A stretch of 64,000 bases of DNA from positions 388,113-452,112 of the forward strand of contig CP066696.1 in assembly GCA_016432585.1 (NCBI GenBank), written 5' to 3'. The notes below the pieces were generated by a model that searched no databases, was not told the origin of the DNA, and saw nothing but the letters and a program-made list of their open reading frames with translations. Positions within the stretch are counted from its first letter, which is position 1. Every line of letters starts with the position of its first letter. The position numbers were made by a program, and so were the translations under genes. Positions 59,082 through 64,000 of this stretch are shown one piece after another. The stretch is from Candidatus Saccharimonadota bacterium. Its GTDB lineage: Bacteria; Patescibacteriota; Saccharimonadia; Saccharimonadales; Saccharimonadaceae.

Positions 59082-60063
59082 AACAGAACGAGGGTTCATT
59101 GTTGGGCTAAGCGCGGCCATTCTTAGTGTTGTTGTTGCGATTGTTCTTCTTGTTAATAGGCAGTATTTTGTCGATCAAATGACAGTTTGGCAATATACTC
59201 CCTCGCCTGAAATTGCATCTTTTGCCGAGCGAACGAGCATGAATGATACGGGAAAGTTCTACTTTTATGCAAGTCAGCCATCACTAGAAGCGGCAGCGAG
59301 CTTTAATGAAAAGTGCGACCGTAAAGAGGAAAGCACGGCAATTCTTGGCTGCTACAATGGCCAGTATATCTACATTTACGACGTAGATGACGCCACGCTC
59401 GATGGCATTCGCGAGGTGACGGCAGCGCACGAGATGTTACACGCTGCTTATGTGCGCATGAACGACAAAGATAAAAGCCGGGTAAACGCGCTTATCGAAG
59501 AAGAGTATGCAAAACTTAAAGCGAACGCTGATTTTTCGGAAAGAATGGATTTTTACGCACGAACCGAACCTGGTGAGCGTGATAACGAACTCCACTCGAT
59601 AATTGCTACCGAGGTTGCGGATATCAGTCCGGCGCTTGAACAGCACTACAAAACGTACTTCACTGATCGTTCTAAAGTTGTAGCGCTCCACACAAGGTAC
59701 GCGAAAATATTTAGCGAATTGCAAACAAAAGCAACCAAGTTATCTTCGGAACTTACCGAGCTAGGTGATAAAATTGAGGCTGCGTCGTTTACATACAACA
59801 AAGACATCGCCGCATTTAACCAGGACGTTGATGAATTTAAGCAAAAAATCGATAATGGCGAGTTTACAACACAAGCGCAAGTAAACGCGGCTCGAAATTC
59901 TCTTCTGGCAAGAGCTGATGACCTCGATGCTCGTCGCACGGCGATTAACAAAGATGTTGCGCTATATAATACGCGTCGGGCGGAGCTAGCGAAGATCGCT
60001 GCACAGTCCGAGGCTTTAAATCGCAGTATCGACAGTAGCCTGTCGCCCTCGCCTAGTCTATAA
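59068..60063 (+). CDS. Membrane-anchored HExxH metallopeptidase-like protein with coiled-coil tail
   Basis: N-terminal TM; ILGCY, TAAHEMLHAAY, NELHS. Confidence 0.75.
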   Translation: MKQHKTERGFIVGLSAAILSVVVAIVLLVNRQYFVDQMTVWQYTPSPEIASFAERTSMNDTGKFYFYASQPSLEAAASFNEKCDRKEESTAILGCYNGQYIYIYDVDDATLDGIREVTAAHEMLHAAYVRMNDKDKSRVNALIEEEYAKLKANADFSERMDFYARTEPGERDNELHSIIATEVADISPALEQHYKTYFTDRSKVVALHTRYAKIFSELQTKATKLSSELTELGDKIEAASFTYNKDIAAFNQDVDEFKQKIDNGEFTTQAQVNAARNSLLARADDLDARRTAINKDVALYNTRRAELAKIAAQSEALNRSIDSSLSPSPSL

Positions 60064-60071
60064 TAGGTGTA

Positions 60072-61421
60072 ATGGCTAAATCAAAATCTCTCTTTACCTG
60101 TCAAAACTGTGGTGCGAACTATCCAAAATGGACGGGTAAATGCGAAAACTGTGGCGAGTGGAACTCGCTTGTTGAACAAGTAGTGTCAGGCGGCAAATCT
60201 GTGGTGGCAAAAAGTGCGAGTAGCGGTCGCGTATTGTCGCCACAAACGATGCAATCTATTTCTACGGAAGAATCGGTAAAGCGCATGACGACAGGGTATG
60301 AAGATCTTGATATCGTTCTTGGCGGTGGAATCTTGCCGGGCGGCGTGCTGCTTATGGCCGGACAACCGGGAATCGGTAAAAGTACCTTGCTGCTGCAGGT
60401 AGCGGGCGAAGTAGGGAAAGCCCAACCGGTGTTGTATGCAAGCGGTGAGGAATCTGCGAGCCAGGTAAAGCTGCGGGCCGAGCGTCTAGGTGCTAACAAG
60501 CGCGAACAGCTCCATTTTGTGGCGAGCACCAGCGCCGACGATATTGCGGCGACGATTCGCTCGGGTGCGTACAAACTGGTCATTATCGACTCTATCCAAA
60601 CACTCACGCTTGAAGAAATTACGTCGGCGCCTGGTACGGTGAGTCAAATCACAAACAGCAGCAACGTGATTATTCGTGCGGCTAAAGAAGCTGGGGCGGC
60701 TGTGGTATTGGTGGGGCATGTGACAAAAGAGGGCAGTATTGCTGGGCCAAAAGTGCTTGAGCACCTTGTTGACGTTGTGTTGCAGTTCGAGGGCGATCGT
60801 TACGGTGGATTCAAGGTAGTGCGGGCGGTAAAAAACCGTTACGGCTCTACTAATGAAGCGGCAATTTTTGAAATGTACGAACAAGGGCTTCGTGTCGTTG
60901 AAAACCCTTCGGCGGCACTACTAGCAGAGCGCCAAAACGCCGATGGCTCGGTGGTTATGGCAACACTAGAGGGCACGCGCCCACTGCTAGTAGAGATACA
61001 GGCACTTGTAAATCCTACCAGTTTCGGGTATCCTAAACGTACAGCCTCGGGGTTCGACCTCAACCGACTCAACCTTTTGATCGCCGTTCTAGAGCGACGC
61101 ACGAAACTGAATTTATCGGATAAAGATATCTATATCAATGTTGTTGGTGGGCTGAAACTCAACGATCCTGCGGCGGATCTTGCTATTTGTATGGCAATTG
61201 CGAGTGCAGCTGCCGGCAAGCGCCTAGGCGATGAGTTGGTGGTATTTGGTGAGGTTGGGCTTGGTGGCGAAATCCGCAGTGTCCATAGTGGTGATCGGCG
61301 CGTTGCCGAGGCAAAAAAGCTTGGATTTACTCAGGCAATAGCGCCAAAATCAGCGCAAAAGAATTCATTTATAAAGGGTGTCGGCGATTTGCGCCAGGCG
61401 CTCATAGACTACTTACAGTAA
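60072..61421 (+). CDS. radA: DNA repair protein RadA/Sms
   Basis: C4 zinc finger, GQPGIGKST, IDSIQT, KNRYG, Lon-like C-terminus. Confidence 0.97.
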   Translation: MAKSKSLFTCQNCGANYPKWTGKCENCGEWNSLVEQVVSGGKSVVAKSASSGRVLSPQTMQSISTEESVKRMTTGYEDLDIVLGGGILPGGVLLMAGQPGIGKSTLLLQVAGEVGKAQPVLYASGEESASQVKLRAERLGANKREQLHFVASTSADDIAATIRSGAYKLVIIDSIQTLTLEEITSAPGTVSQITNSSNVIIRAAKEAGAAVVLVGHVTKEGSIAGPKVLEHLVDVVLQFEGDRYGGFKVVRAVKNRYGSTNEAAIFEMYEQGLRVVENPSAALLAERQNADGSVVMATLEGTRPLLVEIQALVNPTSFGYPKRTASGFDLNRLNLLIAVLERRTKLNLSDKDIYINVVGGLKLNDPAADLAICMAIASAAAGKRLGDELVVFGEVGLGGEIRSVHSGDRRVAEAKKLGFTQAIAPKSAQKNSFIKGVGDLRQALIDYLQ

Positions 61422-61441
61422 TGTAAGAGAAAGAATAAAAC

Positions 61442-62506
61442 ATGGAAACAACAATTCAATTATTTATCGTTATCGCAGTGTTGGCGCTGTTGGCGGAAGT
61501 AACCTACTTGGTGGTAAAACTGCCAAGACAAAATCTTATTAAAAAACAGACTCGCCCTATTCTGGTAGACACTTCGGTACTTATCGACGGTCGTATCATT
61601 TCGGTGGCGAAATCAGGCTTTATAGGTGACACGCTTGTTATTCCGCGAAGCGTTATTGGGGAGCTACAGTTTCTTGCTGATAACGCCGACCACGACAAGC
61701 GCGCTCGTGCTCGCTACGGCCTCGATGTTGTAACGGAGCTTCAAAACATGCCGCATATGGACGTAGAGATCCTTCAAGACGGCAGTAAAGCCGCTGAAGG
61801 TGTCGATGAGCGCCTACTGACACTTGCTAAGAAGCATGGCGCTGCAGTGTGTACGATCGATTACAACCTTAATAAGGTGGCCGTCGTCGAAGGCATTACT
61901 GTGTTAAACGTGAACGAGCTTGCGCAAAGTTTACGAATGGCGTATTTGCCAGGTGAACGAATGTTACTAGAGCTTGTTCAAAAAGGTCAGGACTCACACC
62001 AGGGCGTCGGATACCTTACCGACGGCACGATGGTTGTCGTAGAAAACGCCTCAAAGAATATTGGTCAAACGATTGAGATTGAATTTATCCGTAGCCTACA
62101 AACGGCCGCGGGCAAGATGATGTTTGCGCGTCCAGTAGAGCGCAAGCAAGATCAGCAAAAGCAAGCCGTAAAGCCACAAGGTAAAAAGCCTGTTCAGCCA
62201 CAGCGTCAAAAGCAAGACAAGCGTCAGGATCGTGGAGAGCAAAAGCCAGTAGCTAAGCCGGTGTTCGTAGAGGAGCCTACTCAAGCACCTGCGACTGCTC
62301 CGGTTGTGTTTCATAGCGACACGAACGATCATCGCCTTGTAGCGTCGAAAAGGCAGCAGAAGCCTCGCCGCGAGCAATCACAGCAGCAGCGCCAGCCGTC
62401 TCAACCTCAAACGTCGGCACGAGGCAACGGCAATGGTGGCCGCGCAAAGCAGCGAACATCAGCAGACCGCGAGGCCTCGCTGCTTGATCTCGTTAATAAG
62501 CAGTAA
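61442..62506 (+). CDS. PIN/TRAM domain protein (YacL-like)
   Basis: VDTSVLIDGRI, DYNLNKVA, QGVGYL.DGTMVVVE, LQTAAGKMMFA; Gln/Lys/Arg-rich tail. Confidence 0.92.
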   Translation: METTIQLFIVIAVLALLAEVTYLVVKLPRQNLIKKQTRPILVDTSVLIDGRIISVAKSGFIGDTLVIPRSVIGELQFLADNADHDKRARARYGLDVVTELQNMPHMDVEILQDGSKAAEGVDERLLTLAKKHGAAVCTIDYNLNKVAVVEGITVLNVNELAQSLRMAYLPGERMLLELVQKGQDSHQGVGYLTDGTMVVVENASKNIGQTIEIEFIRSLQTAAGKMMFARPVERKQDQQKQAVKPQGKKPVQPQRQKQDKRQDRGEQKPVAKPVFVEEPTQAPATAPVVFHSDTNDHRLVASKRQQKPRREQSQQQRQPSQPQTSARGNGNGGRAKQRTSADREASLLDLVNKQ

Positions 62507-62526
62507 CTCTATATCTTTTAACTATA

Positions 62527-62556
62527 AAAATACCCTCGGAAGTGAGGGTATTTTTT
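62527..62556. terminator. Bidirectional terminator
   Basis: AAAAATACCCTC-GGAAGT-GAGGGTATTTTT. Confidence 0.85.
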
Positions 62557-62574
62557 ATGTGCGTTAGTTGGTTG

Positions 62575-64000
62575 CTATCGCCACCATCGACGAGCGTTGT
62601 TCCAGCTAACTGCATTCGAGTTATTGCTTGGTGTCGAGCTAACAGTTTCATCGTGAGTGATTGAGTTGTTGGCTGTGTAATACGCGATATCTGTGACTGT
62701 TGCGCTAACGGTCGAAGAGCCGTCTTTAAACTCGTACGTTGTTGAGTATGTTCCGCTCGATGAAGCCGGCAATGTCGCAACAATAGTGCTGCCAACCTTT
62801 ACCTCGACTTGTTTAAGCTTGAAGGTACCCTTTACGACACTAACGTCGATCTTGTTACCCGTGACGGTTATTGTACCCACGCTTGGCTGTACATCGTCAC
62901 ACTTATGCTTGTCGTCGCTCTTGTTTGCATCGTAACCATCTGGCGAGATGTAGATATCTTTCTTTGTAACAGGGTCTTTAAACTTAACGACATCAACTTC
63001 GATCTTTGCGGCATCTGGTGTACACTTTGTCGCTTTCTTTCTAGAGACCTTGTCAAACGTTAGCTTGGCGTTTGTTTTCCCTTGGTTTTTGTTATACCAA
63101 GAAGGGTAAAGCTCACCACCGATTTTTTGGATTCCAGTCGGCATTGTGTACCATGAACCGCCGTTTGCTGAGTCCCATTTCTTTTCTTTTGCATAGACTT
63201 CTTTGTGTGCATACTCCATAACTTCACCAACAATCTTTGCAGGAAGCGATGAGTTACCGTTTGTAAGAACGCGAGTATCTGGGTTACCAAGCCATACGCC
63301 CATGGTAAGTGCCGGGCTGTAGCTCATTGTCCAGATATCTTTTGGCTGGCCGCCTTTGTCGGAGGTACCGGTCTTCGTTGCTGTTTTAACGCCTGGAATA
63401 TACAATCCGTAGAAGTGAGGGCCATAAAGTCCGGCACGGGCGTTGTCGTCGCTAAGGATATCGCTGAGGATATAGGCAACCTGTGGGTCAACGACTTGCT
63501 TGCTCTCGTCTTTGTATTTTTTAATTACTTCGCCTTGGCTGTTCTTAACTTCTAAAACAGTACTGACGGGCTTGTAAACTCCCATGCGACCAAGAGATGC
63601 AAATGCGTTAACGTGGTCAACCTGGCGCGTTCCACAACCACCGATGGCCGATGAAAGACCAGCTTGGGCGTCGGCACCTTGTGTACAGTAGTTGGTATCG
63701 CCAAGCTCTCGAATAGTGTTCAGCGTTGGATCGACACCAGAGATATACATGGCCTTAACGGCTGGAACGTTTCGTGACAGTGCAAGTGATTTACGCAGGT
63801 TGATATTACCGCGGTAGCCACCATCTGCATTACGAAGTGGTGCGCCGTAAATACTACTCATAGAGTTATCGTCGGCAAGAATCGAACCACTACCGTAGTT
63901 GGCTTTACCTTGGCCTTGGTTAGAGAACAACTGGGCGTAAACTAACGGCTTAATGGTTGAACCTGGCTGAATATAGGCAGTCGCGGCGTTGTCTTGCCCG
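62575..64000 (-). CDS. Penicillin-binding protein, transpeptidase/C-terminal part (5' end outside window)
   Basis: QPGSTIK (SxxK), SRN (SxN), KTGT; frame open to window edge. Confidence 0.92.
   Translation of the reverse strand, partial: GQDNAATAYIQPGSTIKPLVYAQLFSNQGQGKANYGSGSILADDNSMSSIYGAPLRNADGGYRGNINLRKSLALSRNVPAVKAMYISGVDPTLNTIRELGDTNYCTQGADAQAGLSSAIGGCGTRQVDHVNAFASLGRMGVYKPVSTVLEVKNSQGEVIKKYKDESKQVVDPQVAYILSDILSDDNARAGLYGPHFYGLYIPGVKTATKTGTSDKGGQPKDIWTMSYSPALTMGVWLGNPDTRVLTNGNSSLPAKIVGEVMEYAHKEVYAKEKKWDSANGGSWYTMPTGIQKIGGELYPSWYNKNQGKTNAKLTFDKVSRKKATKCTPDAAKIEVDVVKFKDPVTKKDIYISPDGYDANKSDDKHKCDDVQPSVGTITVTGNKIDVSVVKGTFKLKQVEVKVGSTIVATLPASSSGTYSTTYEFKDGSSTVSATVTDIAYYTANNSITHDETVSSTPSNNSNAVSWNNARRWWR

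Noticed and set aside
1..64000. CRISPR array, tRNA/rRNA, IS or prophage, alternative genetic code
   Set aside because: No regularly spaced repeats, cloverleafs, transposase or phage genes seen; known genes translate full-length in code 11

Overview
Gene-dense, tightly packed bacterial chromosome segment. Gene content and style point to Saccharibacteria (TM7, Patescibacteria/CPR); this assignment is inference. Main blocks: cytochrome bo3-type quinol oxidase cyoBCDE plus NDH-2; trxB, ppa and rel; a gap-rpiB-rpe-tkt-fba-pfkB carbon cluster; uvrB; a DEAD-box helicase; an ABC exporter; gatCAB; galU; dnaE; a CHAP hydrolase; a PilB/GspE ATPase; malic enzyme; rplS; an rnhB-yraN fusion; pepN; a secreted HNH nuclease; a DEAH helicase; a general-stress gene cluster; nusA; a CIRCE-preceded clpC-radA-PIN/TRAM operon; and the 3' part of a PBP. 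I saw no rRNA, tRNA, CRISPR array, transposase or prophage. Most notable observations: (1) a stand-alone unit encoding an unannotated 24-aa alternating, near-palindromic hydrophobic peptide; (2) a membrane-anchored HEPN-motif protein inside gatCAB; (3) four GC-rich orphan cassettes, each with its own promoter, SD and terminator, three with switchable 3' hairpins, one complementary to a putative nusA attenuator; (4) loss of the quinol-site His98 equivalent in CyoB; (5) a window-wide leaderless-gene signature; (6) an unannotated 22-aa Lys-rich peptide gene.
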